Shown one piece after another: positions 1 through 12,121 of a DNA stretch of 64,000 bases; the stretch's first letter is position 1, and each line of letters opens with the position of its first letter. The position numbers and the translations under genes are program-made. Origin of the DNA: Mobula hypostoma (lineage: Eukaryota); assembly GCF_963921235.1 (NCBI RefSeq), contig NC_086109.1, positions 8,558,001-8,622,000 on the forward strand. The letters are read 5' to 3'. A model generated the notes under the pieces. That model was given only the letters and a program-made list of their open reading frames with translations, had not been told where the DNA came from and searched no databases.

Positions 1-425
1 GCCCCCACACCCCCCCATCTCCATTCCCATTTCCCTCTCACACCTTATCTCCGTACCTGCCCATCACCTCCCTCTGGTGCTTCTCCCTCTTCCCTTTCTT
101 CCATGGTCTTCTGTCCTCTCCTATCAGACTTCCCCTTCTCCAGCCCGTTATCTTTTCCACCAATCAACTTCCCAGCTCTATAGTCCATCCCTCCCCCTCT
201 CCTGCCTTCACCTATCACCTGCCACCTTGTACGTCTTCCTCCCCTAGCCCCCACCTTCATAATCTGACTTCTTCCCTCTTCCTTCCCACTCCTGATGAAG
301 GGTCTCGACCTAAAACGTCGACTGTTTATTCCCATCCACAGATGGTGCCTGACCTGCTGGGCTCCTCCAGCACCTCGGGTGTATCACTCTAGATTTTCAG
401 CATCTGCAGTACCTCTTGTGTCTAA
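1..425 (+). mobile_element. Penelope-like element 3' region/pLTR with degenerate hammerhead motif
   Basis: CT-rich tract, then CTGATGAAGGGTCTCGACCTAAAACGTCGACTG (292-324) and the GATGCTGCCTGACCTGCTG...CAGCATCTGCAG-type tail. The same architecture follows GIY-YIG-like coding remnants at 5550-5680 and 60580-60800. Confidence 0.7.
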
Positions 426-624
426 AGTTTATGTCAACTTTATTGCAGTGGCAAGCTCCATTTCGGTAAATTCTCTGTGTACTGGAGACCAGCCGTTACA
501 CCCTGATCCATGGAGCCACACACGCCGCCAGGAATTGTTCATTTTGCATAAAAGCCGAGATGTTCGTGTTCTCGTGCCAGTGAAGGTTCATTTCTCAGGT
601 TTATGTACAACATAGCGGGGTGTG

Positions 625-905
625 TTTGGGCACGGGCGCCACGGCCGTGGGTAGCATTCCAGAGTTCGGAGTTCAATTCCAGCGCCATTCTGTAAGGAGT
701 TCGTACGTCCTCCTCGTGGAGTGCTTGGGTTTCCCCCGGCTGCTCCGGTTTCCTCCCACAGTCCAAACACGTACCGGGTAGATTGATTGGTGATTGTAAG
801 TTGCCCTGTGGTTAGGTTAGGGTTATTTGGGTTTGTCAGGGGTTGCTGAGCCAGAGGGGCTCGAAGGGTTGGAGGTGCTGACTCCACGCTGTATCACTAA
901 ATTAA
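625..905 (+). mobile_element. V-SINE / HE1-like SINE
   Basis: B-box-like GAGTTCAATTCC and V-domain GGGTTTCCCCCGGCTGCTCCGGTTTCCTCCCACAGTCCAAA. Related copies lie near 39000-39170, 40870-41115 (minus) and 61845-62080. Confidence 0.65.
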
Positions 906-959
906 GAAAGCAAAGTCTGTACCTGCTTTCAGTTCCACTCCCCATGTTTCTGCCATCTA

Positions 960-1582
960 CTCTGGCCTCCAGTGCTGTCCGTTTAGAATCTGCATGTGCT
1001 GTCCACAACCGTGTGGATTTCAATCTTTCCTTATAACTCAGGTCCTCCAGTCCTGCCAACATCCTTGTAAATTTTCTCTGCACCCTTTCAACCTTGCTTA
1101 CATCTTTCCTGTCGGTAGCCGATCAAAACTGCACACAGTAGTCCAAGCAACACGCACAGATTGCTGGAGGAACTCAGCAGGCCAGGCAGCATCTATGGCA
1201 AAGAGTACAGTCGACATTTTGGGCGGAGACCCTTCAGCAGGTCTCTTTTCCGTGGATGCTGCCTGGTCTGCTGAGTTCCTCCAGCATCTTGTGTGTGTTG
1301 CTCGGATTCCCAGCATCTGCAGATTTTCTCTTGCTTGTCCCAGTACTCCAAATTCGGCCTCACCAACGCCTTATTCAACATAACATGCCATCTCCCCTAC
1401 TCAGTGCCTTGATTTATGAAGGCCAATGGGCCAAAAGCTTTCTTTACAGCCCCCTCTACATGTGACACCACTTTCATGGAATTATGGATCTGTGTTCCCA
1501 GATCCTCCTGTTCTACTGCACCTCTCAGTGCCCTACTGTTCACTGTGTAAGACCTACCCCGGCTGGTCCTGCCAAGGTGCAA
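960..1582 (-). mobile_element. CR1 LINE RT fragment, split by the insertion at 1141-1340
   Basis: ORF pieces QRKFTRMLAGLEDLSYKERL, KALVRPNLEY and KKAFGPLAFINQG match the CR1 RT C-terminus at 57980-59575. Confidence 0.8.
1141..1340. mobile_element. Fold-back (inverted pLTR) Penelope-derived element
   Basis: Inverted arms TGCTGGAGGAACTCAGCAGGCCAGGCAGCATC / GATGCTGCCTGGTCTGCTGAGTTCCTCCAGCA. CAGTA is repeated at 1136-1140 and 1341-1345. Confidence 0.65.
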
Positions 1583-1583
1583 T

Positions 1584-2645
1584 GGGAGTTCTCCCTGAGT
1601 CACCAGGAGGTCACTATGAGTCACAGGGACTTCCTCCTGAGACACAGGGAGCTCCCCTGAAACACAGGGAGTTCCATGGAGGCACGGGAGACCCTCCAGA
1701 CATGGGGAGTTCCCCATAGGTCACCAGGAAGTTCCCACCGAGTCACCGAGAGATCACCCTGAGTCACGGGGAGTTTCCTTCGAGTCACCAGAAGTTCCCC
1801 CTGAGCCACCGGAAAGTTCCCCACGGTTCACGAAGGGTTCCCCATGCGTCACCAGAAGTTCCCCCTGAGTCACTGGGAGATACCCCTGAGACACAGGGAA
1901 TTCCCTGCAGAGCAGGGAGTTCCCCGAGACACAGGGAGTTCACCCCTGAGTCACCGGGAGCTCCCTCAGAGACACGGGAATTCCCCCGAGATACAAGGAG
2001 TTCCCCCCTAAGACGCTGGGAGTTCCCCCAGAGACACCGGGAATTCCCCCGAGATACAAAGAGTTCCCCCAGAGACACCGGGAATTCCCCCAAGATACAA
2101 GGAGTTCCCCCCTAAGACGCTGGGGGTTCCCCCAGAGACACCGGGAATTCCCCCGAGATACAAGGAGTTCCCCCAGAGACACCGGGAATTCCCCCGAGAT
2201 ACAGGGAGTTCCCCCTACGACACCGGGAGCTCCCCCAGAGACATGGGGAATTCCCCTGAGATACAGGGAGTTCCCCCTGAGTCACCAGAATTCCTCTTAG
2301 AGATAGGAAGTTCCCCCTTATTTACAGAAAGTTCCTCCTGAGTCAGGGGGAGTTCCCTATGAGTAACAATGAGTTCCCCCTCAGTTATAGGGAATTCCCC
2401 CTTGGGCACGGGCAGTTCCCTATGAGTTACAGGGAGTTACTCTTGAGTCAGGAGGAGTTCCCCCTTTGTCATGGGGAGTTCCCTATGAGTTACAGGGAGT
2501 TCCCCCTCAGTCATAGGGAATTCTCCCTTCGGCACAGATAGTTCCCTACAAGTTACAGGAAGTTACTCCTGAGTCAGTGGGGGTTCCGCTTGAGTCACAT
2601 GGAGTTCTCACTGGGATACGATTTGTTCCCTCTGACTCAGGGGAT
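1584..2645. repeat. Minisatellite, 20-21 bp unit, approximate consensus TGAGTCACAGGGAGTTCCCCC, about 50 copies
   Basis: Periodicity is directly visible. The central part (about 1975-2215) has a higher-order repeat, and track ORFs over it show 7-aa repeats (GELPVSQ-like). Confidence 0.9.
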
Positions 2646-3299
2646 GTTTTGACCCCCACCCCGCCCCCACATACCATGTGGTGATGCAGCCAGTCCGAAT
2701 CCTCTCCATGGTACATCTGTAGAAATCTCCAAGTGTCTCTGGTGACACACCAAATCTCCTCAAACTCTAATGAAACATAGCCGCTGTCACGCCTTCTTAG
2801 TAACTGCATCGATATGTTGGGCCTAGGACAGATCCTCAGATACTTTGACACCCAGGAACGCAGCGCCCACGCCAGGACCACCAGACTCAAAAACAGCTCC
2901 TTTCCCCAAGCAATAAGGCTGATCAACACCTCCACCGACTAAAATATCCCTCCATACCCCCAATAACCACTACTTCATCATTTCCTGTTAGTCACTTTAT
3001 GTATAGATACTCCTGTGCCTAGCATCACTTAATGGACATACAACGAATCTATGTATATAAGCTACTGTATGCATGTATGATATGGAGAGCAAGCTGCTGC
3101 CCATGTGGCAGGTTTCTCCTCTCCATGCATCTGGCTAATTCAAAGGAACAGCAGAGACTAAAACAGTTTGGCACCAGCGGCATTGCAGGAGTTGCCTTTC
3201 AGCATTGAACAACATAGGACTGCCTTAGGGACTCCAGTTCCAGATTGTTCCTCAGCATTTACTCCCACAGCCTTCCCCATGAGTGGGTATAGCCGCAAG

Positions 3300-3975
3300 G
3301 CAGCCAGCACTTGATCATGATTTTCCAAAGTTCCCTAGGATCTGGAGCGGTCCCAGTAGATTATAAAATGGTAAATGCACTTATTTGGGAAAACACAGAA
3401 GCTGCAAATTTGTCATTAAGACAATGTTGGAACCAAATATTGAAGAAATAGTAACAGAACCTTTATAAATCATTGTGCAATCGAGCTTGCAAGTTTATTG
3501 GGCAGGGTGAATAAGGGGCAGTCAGTGGATGTCGTATATTTAGGTTTCCGAAATGCATTCAGTAAAGAGATTACTGCACAAAATAAGAGCTCATGTCATA
3601 GGCCTAGATAAAGTGGACATGGAGAGGATGCTTCTAATCCTGGGGAAGTCTAGGACCTCAGATCTGTACCAGGACCCCAAGTCTGTACCTCTCTCAGAAT
3701 AGAGAGGTGTCCCTTTGTAACAGAGATGAGGAGGATTTTTTTTGAGACTAGATGGTAGTGAATCTGTGGAATTCATTGCCACAGGCAGCTGTGGAAGCCA
3801 AGTCATTGGGTATTTTTAAAGCAGAGATTAATCGGTCCTTATTTACTAAGGGTGATAAAGGTTACAGGGAGAAGGTAGAGAAATGGGGTTGTTGGATAAT
3901 AATTTAGCCATGATGGAATGGCAGAGGAGACTCAGTGGGCCGAATAGCCTAATCCTGCTCCAACGTCTTATGGTC
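3300..3975 (+). mobile_element. Degraded CR1 LINE (RT remnants and 3' UTR)
   Basis: GTGGATGTCGTATATTTAGGTTTCCGAAATGCATTC (a VDVVYLDFxKAFD remnant) plus the CR1 3' stem-loop/tail GGGCCGAATAGCCTAATCCTGCTCC...TTATGGTC. Confidence 0.7.
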
Positions 3976-4159
3976 ATTGTGGATAATAAATCGGGATGAT
4001 TAAACAATTGTCTCGTAGAAAAACCAGGACAAATTAATTCTCTTCTGGTTAGTGGGGTTTAGTGCAAGAAGCTCAGTTATTTCAGCAACACAGCTGAAGA
4101 CCAAGTGCATTGTGACCAGATTCAAAAATATAAGTAGGAAAGTGAGTTGCCAGGAGAAT

Positions 4160-4840
4160 AAGGTTCGTCCATCGTCATCGATGAAGACCTCGACACCATT
4201 AGTATTTTTTATGAGGTCAAGTTGCTAGCTCGACACTCAACCCAGGCACGGATGGAGAGTGTGCAAGGGAACCAGCCGGATTCGAACTCGGGACCTCTCG
4301 CCCCGAAGTCCAGCGGTGATGCCACTACACCACCAGCCAGCTATTTTTGATGGTGTCGAGACTAGCACATGATTTGGATTTAAGTGAGGGAGAGTTGCGC
4401 AGCGTCAGCTTCACTCTCTCTTCCCAATTCCCATCTGGATCCTGTGGCAAAACAAGAGTCGAGGCGGCTGGAGATGGGACTAGGTGCAGTGGATGACCAG
4501 GATGTCTTCTGTGTCTGGTCGTGCTCTACACATTCCACGATGCTTGCAGAGACCGCCTTCTTGACCGTTGGACCTTCTATTGGTCTCATCCGCTCAATCC
4601 GCCTGAGTCTGTCTTCACCCTATCTCACTGAGGGTTTGAGGCCCGTCGGCTAACCTCACCTGGTTTAGCCGGCTTGTCGAAGCCGTTGCCCGGGGTGTGG
4701 CCGCTGTCGCATGCAAACAGCTACGGGGAGCCACAGGTGAGAACTGAGTGCCAGGTGGGGACCAAAGGTGGACTAACCGCCCTGAAAAGGACGCGACATG
4801 TTCCCCCACCAGAGGTGCTACCCCTCCCTGACACCCCATA
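4160..4840 (-). mobile_element. Non-autonomous RTE-related repeat, interrupted by a tRNA-derived SINE
   Basis: Homologous to 44890-45410, which shares its 5' head with 30815-31192. Confidence 0.5.
4210..4342 (-). mobile_element. tRNA-derived SINE
   Basis: Minus strand has A-box TGGTGTAGTGG and B-box GTTCGAATCC. Flanked by a TATTTTT duplication. A second copy is at 55255-55457. Confidence 0.7.
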
Positions 4841-4957
4841 CAGGAGAATGCAGAGAATGTCTATAGGGACATGGATAGGTTAAGCAAAGGGACAACATTT
4901 AATAGATGGAAATGAGAAGTTATCAACTTTGTAGGAAAAGAATAATAAAACAAAATA

Positions 4958-5128
4958 CAGTAGATTCTGCTTAATAGGGCCATTGGTTAATCAGGGCAGC
5001 CACTTATTTGGGACAACTCTTAAAGAACAAAAACTAATCAAGAAAATAACCAGGATTTCCTTTGTTTATTTCGGACTCTATGCCACTTAATTGGGACAGG
5101 AGACTGCTGCCAAACAGTTTCTAACTAG
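4958..5128. mobile_element. One terminus of a pogo/Tigger-like non-autonomous DNA transposon
   Basis: TA-CAGTAGATTCTGCTTAAT. Reverse-complement match to 57305-57478. Confidence 0.6.
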
Positions 5129-5129
5129 T

Positions 5130-5682
5130 AACAAGAGAAAACCTGCAGATGCTGGAATTCCAAGCAACACATAGAAAATGCTGGAGGCACTCAGCATGCC
5201 AGGCAGCATCTATGGAAAAGAGACATTTCGGGCCAAAACCCCTCATCAGGACAGGAGGAAAAAAATGAGAAGTTAGCGTAGGAAGGTGGGAGGAGGGAGG
5301 AGGAAATACAAGGTAGTAAATGAAAGGTGTAACCAGGAGAGGGGGAGAGGTGAAGTAAGGAGCTGGGAGGTTGATTGGTGAAAGAGATAAAGGGCTGGAG
5401 AAAGGGGAATCTGATAGGAGAGGATAGAATGCCATGGAAGAAAGGGAAGGGGGAGGAGCACCAGTGGGAGGTGATAGGCAGGTAAGGAGATCAGGTGAGA
5501 GAGGGAAGTGGGAATGGGGAATGGTGAAAGAGGTGGGGGGGGGCATTACCTGAAGTTCAAGAAATCAATGTTCATGCCATCAGGTTGGAGGCTACCCAGA
5601 CAGAATATAAGGTGTTGCTCCTCCAACCTCATCGTGGCAATAGAGGAGGTCATGGATTGACATGTCGAAATGTGAATGGGTC
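5130..5682 (-). mobile_element. Penelope-like element: GIY-YIG C-terminal remnant, purine-rich tract and pLTR
   Basis: TCAATGTTCATGCCATCAGGTTGGAGGCTACCCAGACAGAATATAAGGTGTTG matches the element at 60580-60800. A degenerate hammerhead lies at about 5223-5253. Confidence 0.7.
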
Positions 5683-5871
5683 TTCAAGGAGCAATGACTC
5701 AGAAAGGTAGTTTCCATCATTAAGGACCCCCATCACCCAGGACATGCCCTCTTCTCATTGCCACCATCAGGAAGGAGGTACGGAAGCCTGAAGGCACACA
5801 CTCAACGATTCAGGAACAGCTTCTTCTCCTGTGCCATCCAATTTCTGAATAGACATTGAAACCATTAACAC

Positions 5872-8150
5872 TACCATAAGACCATAAAATCATAAGAAAG
5901 ACATAGGAGCACCATTAGGCCATTCAGCCCATCGAATCTGCTCTGCCATTCCATCATGGCTGATCCTGGATCCCACTCAACCCCATACACCTGCCTTCTC
6001 ACCACATCCTTTGATCCCCCGACCAATAAGGAAACGATCAACTTCCACCTTAAGTATACACACGACTTGGCCTCCACCTCAGTCTGTGGCAGAGCATTCA
6101 CAGATTCACTACTCTCTGGCTAAAAAAATTCCTCCTTACCTCTGTTCTAAAGGGTCGCCCCTCAGTTTTGAAGCTGTGCCCTCTAGTTCTGGATACCGCC
6201 ACCGTAGGAAACATCCTCTCCACATCCACCCTATCTAGTCCTTTCAACATTCTGTAGGTTTCAATGAGATTCCCCCAGCATTCTTCTAAATTCCAGTGAG
6301 TACAGGCCCAAAGCTGCCTCATATGTTAACATCTTCATTCCTGGAATCATCCTCATGAACCTCCTCTAGACTCTCTCCAATGACAACACATCCTTTCTGA
6401 TGACAACTGTTGACAATTATCTGTGCAGCCTGACTAGTGTCTTATAAAAGCTCAGCATTATCTCCTTGCTTTTATATTCAATTCCCCTTGAAATAAATGC
6501 CAACATTGCATTTGCCTTCCTTACCACAGACTCAACCTGTAAGTTAACTTTCTGGGAGATTTGCACGAGGACTCCTAAGTCCCTCTGCACCTCTGATGCT
6601 TGAACGTTCTCCCCACTTAGATAATAGTCTGTACTATTGTTCCTTTTACCAAAGTACATTATCATACATTTCCCAGCACTGTATTCCATCTGCCACTATT
6701 TTGTCCATTCTTCCAATTTGTCTAAACCCAGCTGCAATCACATTGCTTCCTCAGCATTACCTACCCCTCCACATATCTTCATATCGTCCACAAACTTTGC
6801 CACAAAGCCATCAATTCCATCATCCAAATCATTGAAAAACAATGTGAAAAGTAGTGGTCCCAATACTGACCCCTGAGGAACACCACTAGTCACCGGTAGT
6901 CAACCAGAAAAGGCCGCTTTTATTCCCACTCGCTGTCTCCTGACTGTCAACCGTTCTTCTATCCCGGCCAGAATCTTTCCTGTAACACAAGATTTTATCT
7001 TGTTAACCAGCCTCATGTGTGGCATTTTATCAAATACCTCCACAGGGGACTGTCTTGTCTCCCTTTCTCTTCACCATTTACACCTCAGACTTCAACTACT
7101 ACACAGAGTCTTGTCATCTTCAGAAGTTTTCTGATGACTCTGCCATAGTTGGATGCATCAGCAAGGGAGATGATGCTAAGTACAGGGCTACGGTAGGAAA
7201 CTTTGTCACATGGTGTGAGCAGAATTATCTGCAGCTTAATGTGAAAAAGACTAAGGAGCTGGTGGTAGACCTGAGAAGAGCTAAGGTACCGGTGACCCCT
7301 GTTTCCATCCAGGGGGTCAGTGTGGACATGGTGGAGGATTACAAATACCTGGGGATACGAATTGACAATAAACTGGACTGATCAAAGAACACCAAGGCAG
7401 TCTACAAGAAGGGTCAGAGCCGTCTCTATTTCCTGAAGAGACTGAGGTCCTTTAACATCTGCCGTACGATGCTGAGGATGTTCTACAAGTCTGTGGTGGC
7501 CAGTGTGATCATGTTTGCTGTTGTGTGCTGGGGCAGCAGGCTGAGGGTAGCAGACACCAACAGAATCAACAAACTCATTCGTAAGGCCAGTGATGTTGTG
7601 GGGATGGAACTGGACTCTCTGACGGTGGTGTCTGAAAAGAGGATGCTGTCCAAGTTGCATGCCATCTTGGACAATGTCTCCCATCCACTACATAATGTAC
7701 TGGTTGGGCACAGGAGTACATTCAGCCAGAGACTCAGTCCACCGAGATGCAACACAGAGCATCATAGGAAGTCATTCCTGCCTGTGGCCATCAAACTTTA
7801 CAACTCCTCCCTTGGAGGGTCAGACACCCTGAGCCGATAGGCTGGTCCTGGCATAATTTACATATTACTATTTAACTATTTATGGTTTTATTACTATTTA
7901 ATTATTTATGGTGCAACTGTAACGAAAACCAATTTCCCCCGGGATCAGTAAAGTATGACTATGACTATGAAAATCCAAGTAAATGACATCCACTACCTCT
8001 CCTTCATCCACCCTGCTTGTTACTTCCTTGAAGAACTTTAATAGATTTGACAGGCAAGATCTCCCTTTACAGAAACAACGCAGCTTTGACTTATTTTATC
8101 ATCAGTCTCCAAGTACCTCGAAACCTCATCCGTAAGAATAGGCTCCAAGT
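5872..8150 (-). mobile_element. CR1 LINE 3' half, interrupted at about 7035-7970
   Basis: ORFs 6417-6689 (QRDLGVLV...KANAMLAFISRGIEYKS) and 6098-6322; CATAAGACCATAA tail; RT sequence resumes at 7971. Confidence 0.85.
7035..7970 (+). mobile_element. Rex1/Babar-type LINE 3' fragment (RT C-terminus, in-frame stop at 7379-7381)
   Basis: PQGTVLSPFLFTIYTSD...LQKFSDDSAIVGCI...LNVKKTKELVVD...YKYLG and a (TATGAC)n tail. Confidence 0.85.
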
Positions 8151-8689
8151 CTCCTTGCTATTCCTCTACTTTTTTTTAAATTTCTGATCCATCTGACAAG
8201 TACAGTAGTCATGTTAGAGACCCTTCAGGCTCGACAATGAAGCCACCAACTCCTGCCTTCCCCCTTTGTGTCTGAAATGGCCGGTTATGATTCACGGTCA
8301 TTACCTTGCAACATTATCTGCAGTCTGAACCCTCCCTAAATCTTTGCATCGATAGTTTGTGACAGCCATTTGCAGAAAAAGTAATATGTTCTCATAAATA
8401 ACCTGCTTTCATAACAGGGCGAGGTCCCTTGCCTGAGTTCCAAGAGGTTTCAGTATTACGTCAAGCTTTATCTGTCAAGTTATCAACACTTGCCTTCCTG
8501 AATCTCGCCTTATAAAACCCAAATGTTTCTCTCTACCTTGCCTATCAACTCTCCTTGCTTTTAGTATTCAGCTCGCTTCATTGATCAGGGAATTACTCGA
8601 TCAGCTTTTGGTATGCAATGGTTACTGGCCCTACAGTAAGATACAAACTTATAACAGCTCCAAGGATCACTTAGAGTTCAAGGTACATA

Positions 8690-9583
8690 CCATGCCTATA
8701 AAATGTATTCACACCCCTCCAGCCACCCCCTTGGAAGTTTTCATATTTTATTGTTTGACAACATTGAATCAAAATTTGGCTTTTTTTGATATTGATCAAC
8801 AGAAAAAGATTCTTTCGTATCAAAGCAAAAACAGATCTCTACAAAGTGACCTAAATTAATTACAAATATAAAACACAAAATAATTGATTGCATAAGTATT
8901 CATCCCCTTCAAGTCAGTATTTAGTAGAAGCACCTTTGGCAGCAATTACAGCCTTGAGACTGTGTGGATAGGTTTCTATCAGCTTTGCACATCTGAACAC
9001 TGCAATTTTTCCCTATTCTTCTTTTCAAAACTGCTCAGGTTTTGTCAGATTGCATGGGGATTGTGAGTGAACAGCCCTTTCCAAGTCCAGCCACAAATGG
9101 ATTGAGGTCTGGATTCAATTCTCAATTGGATTGAGGCCGCTTCAGGACATTAATTTTGTTGTTTTTAAACCATTCCTGTTTGGCTTTGGCTGTATGCTTA
9201 GGGTCATTATCTTGCTGGAAAACAAATCTTCTCCCAAGTCAATAAAATAACTTCTCCCAAGTCAACTACAATCAATTAAAACACCTTGACTACGCATAGG
9301 TCTCCAAAAACAGATCTCCATTTAACTAATTATATGACTTCCAAAACCAATTAGTTGCACTAGTGATGATTTGTTGTGACATATTAAAGACGGAGTGATA
9401 ATTTATGTAATAAACCTTTTGTATTTTATATTTGTAATTAATTTAGATCACTTTGTCACAAAAGAATGTTTTTCTTTTGATCAGTGTCAAAAAAGCCAAA
9501 TTAAATCCACTGTGATCAATGTTGTAGAACAATAAAGCATGAAATTTTCCAGGGGGAGGGGTGAATACTTTTAATAGGCACTA
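8690..9583 (-). mobile_element. Internally deleted Tc1-family (IR/DR type) transposon
   Basis: About 200 bp imperfect TIRs (CCATGCCTATAAAATGTATTCAC / GTGAATACTTTTAATAGGCACTA) flanked by TA. The minus strand at about 9140-9229 encodes [29 protein letters not shown], the DD34E region. Confidence 0.85.
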
Positions 9584-10174
9584 TATATGTCACCATATAC
9601 AACCCTGATAATTATTTTCTTGTGGGCATACTCAATAAATCTATAGAATAGTAACCATAACAGAATCAATGAAAGACTGCACCAACCAGGGCGTTCAACC
9701 AGAGTGCAGAAGACAACAAACTGTGCAAATACAGTACAGTACTGTGCAAAGATCCTTCGAAATGATAACACCGAGGAATTTAAAGTTGCTGACCCTCTCC
9801 ACCTCTGACCCTCCGATGAAGACTGGCTCATGGATTAAGATGCCGGAAGGACTTTATTCAACTTTGCCTTCTGCTTGGTGTACTCTGTCAGACAGATTTG
9901 ACACATTTAGCATACTACTACAGCGTTCACCCCCTCGCCATTTCCCGTAAGGAGTTTGTACCTTCTCCCTGTGACCAAGGGTAATTTTGAAGTAATGGAG
10001 CAACTGGGAAGAAAATTACTTTATTATTATTGTCACTTTACTGGGGTACAATGAAAGCTTGTCTTCATACTGTTCATACAGATCAGATCATTACACCATG
10101 CATTGAGGTAGAACAAGGTAAAACAATAACGATGCAGAATAAAGGGTAACAGTTACAGAGAAAGTAGACAATAA

Positions 10175-11650
10175 AGTTCAAAGGAGGTTCATGAAAATGA
10201 TACCAGGATTGAACGGATTGTCATATGAAGAGTGTTTGGTAGCTCTGGGCATGTATTCACTAGAATTCAGAAGAATGAGGGGTGGCCTAATTGAAGCATA
10301 TTGAATGTTGAAAAATCTCGATAGAGTGTATGTGGAGAGGATGTTTCCTGTGGTGGGAGAGTCTCGGACCAGAGGACACAGCCTCAGAAAAGAGGGGTGT
10401 CCATTTAGAACGGAGATGAGGAGGAGTTTCTTTAGGCAGAGAGTGGAGAATCTGTGGAATTTGTTGTCACGAGCAGCTGTGGAGGCCAAGTCCATAAGAC
10501 CATAAGACAAAGGAGCAGAAGTAGGCCATTTGGCCCATCGAGTCTGCTCCGCCATTTTATCATGAGCTGATCCATTTTCTCCTATTTAGTCCCACTCCCC
10601 CGCCTTCTCACCATAACCTTTGATGCCCTGGCTACTCAGATACCTATCCATCTCTGCCTTAAATACACACAATGACTTGGCCTCCACTGCTGCCCGTGGC
10701 AACAAATTCCATAGATTCACCACCCTCTGGCTAAAAAAATTTCTTTGCATCTCTGTTCTGAAAGGGCGCCCTTCAATCCTTAAGTCATGCCCTCTCGTAC
10801 TAGTCTCCCCCGTCATGGGAAACAACTTTGCCACATCTACTCTGTCCATGCCTTTTAACATTCAAAATGTTTCTATGAGGTCTCCCCTCATTCTTCTAAA
10901 CTCCAAGGAATACAGTGCAAAAGCGGACAAATGTTCCTCATATGTTAACCCTCTCATTCCCGGAATCATTCTAGTGAATCTTCTCTGCACCCTCTCCAAC
11001 GTCAGCACATCCTTTCTTAAATAAGGAGACCAAAACTGCCACAGTACTCCAAGTGAGGTCTCACCAGCGCCTTATAGAGCCTCAACATCACATCCCTGCT
11101 CCTATACTCTATTCCTCTAGAAATGAATGCCAACATTGCATTCGCCTTCTTCACTACTGACTCAACCTGGAGGTTAACTTTAAGGGTATCCTGTACGAGG
11201 ACTCCCCAGTCCTGTTGCATCTCAGAACTTTGAATTCTTTCCCCATTTAAATAATAGTCTGCCCGTTTATTTCTTCTGCCAAAGTGCATAACCATACACT
11301 TTCCAACATTGTATTTCATTTGCCACTTCTTTGCCCATTCTTCCAATCTATCCAAGTCTCTCTGCAGACTCTCCATTTCCTCAGTACTACCGGCCCCTCC
11401 ACCTATCTTCGTATCGTCAGCAAACTTAGCCACAAAGCCATCTATTCCATAATCTAAATCCAGAATTTATCTTTATGAATATTTAAGGCAGAAGTTGATA
11501 GGTTCTTGATTGGTCAAGGCATGAAAGGATACGGTGAGAAGGCAGGAGATTGGGGCTGAGAGGAATAATGGATCAGCCATGATGAAATGGTGGAGCAGAG
11601 TCGATGGGCCAAATGTCCTAATTCTGCTCCTATTTCTTATGGTCTTATAA
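10175..11650 (+). mobile_element. CR1 3' fragment hosting a younger antisense CR1
   Basis: RT C-terminus at 10175-10490; the 3' UTR resumes at about 11480. Confidence 0.8.
10492..11460 (-). mobile_element. Young CR1 LINE, 5'-truncated
   Basis: ORF 11017-11433 (AKFADDTKIGG...LYKALVRPHLEYC). Near-identical to 17747-18414 and 53091-53466. Confidence 0.9.
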
Positions 11651-12121
11651 ACTGCAAGATTATAACAAGGGAATTTGTGAGGACAAGGGTCCAATTTATT
11701 GTATTAGGGAAACATTTAATAATCTTATAACAGTGGTGTAGAATCTGTCCTTGAGCCTGGTGACATGTGCATTCAGGCTTTTGTATCTTCTGTCCGGTGG
11801 CAGAGAGGAGGAGATACAAAAATCCAGGTTGGGAGAGGTCTTTGATTGTGCTGGCTGTTTTACTGATGCACCCAGAAGTGTAGACATAGTCCTTGGAGAA
11901 GAGGTTGCTTTCTGTGATGCGCTGAGCTGTGTCCACACTCTTTGTGGTTTCATGCAGAGGTTAAAGGACAGACTGGGTTTCCATTGACTTCCAGGTCAGA
12001 TAATGCAATATGCAATGTCTGAAGATTAATGGAGTGCAGGAAATGGTTCAGATGCTGCTGGGCCATTGGTCAAACACCCATAAAGTCTCACTCTGCAGCT
12101 TTGCTTGAGAGAGGAGCATAG

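Noticed and set aside
1584..2645. CRISPR-like array or repeat-protein gene (GELPVSQ-type ORFs)
   Set aside because: There are no unique spacers or cas genes and the context is eukaryotic. Mixed 20/21 bp units shift the frame repeatedly, so the ORFs are by-products.
4210..4342. tRNA genes (also 44740-44801, 48650-48710, 55390-55457)
   Set aside because: These are A/B-box heads fused to repeat bodies without a proper cloverleaf or terminator, i.e. SINEs.
8565..8610. Possible 46 nt plus-strand exon (pyrimidine tract-TTTTAG ... GTATGC)
   Set aside because: An isolated signal with no recognisable peptide and no partner exon.
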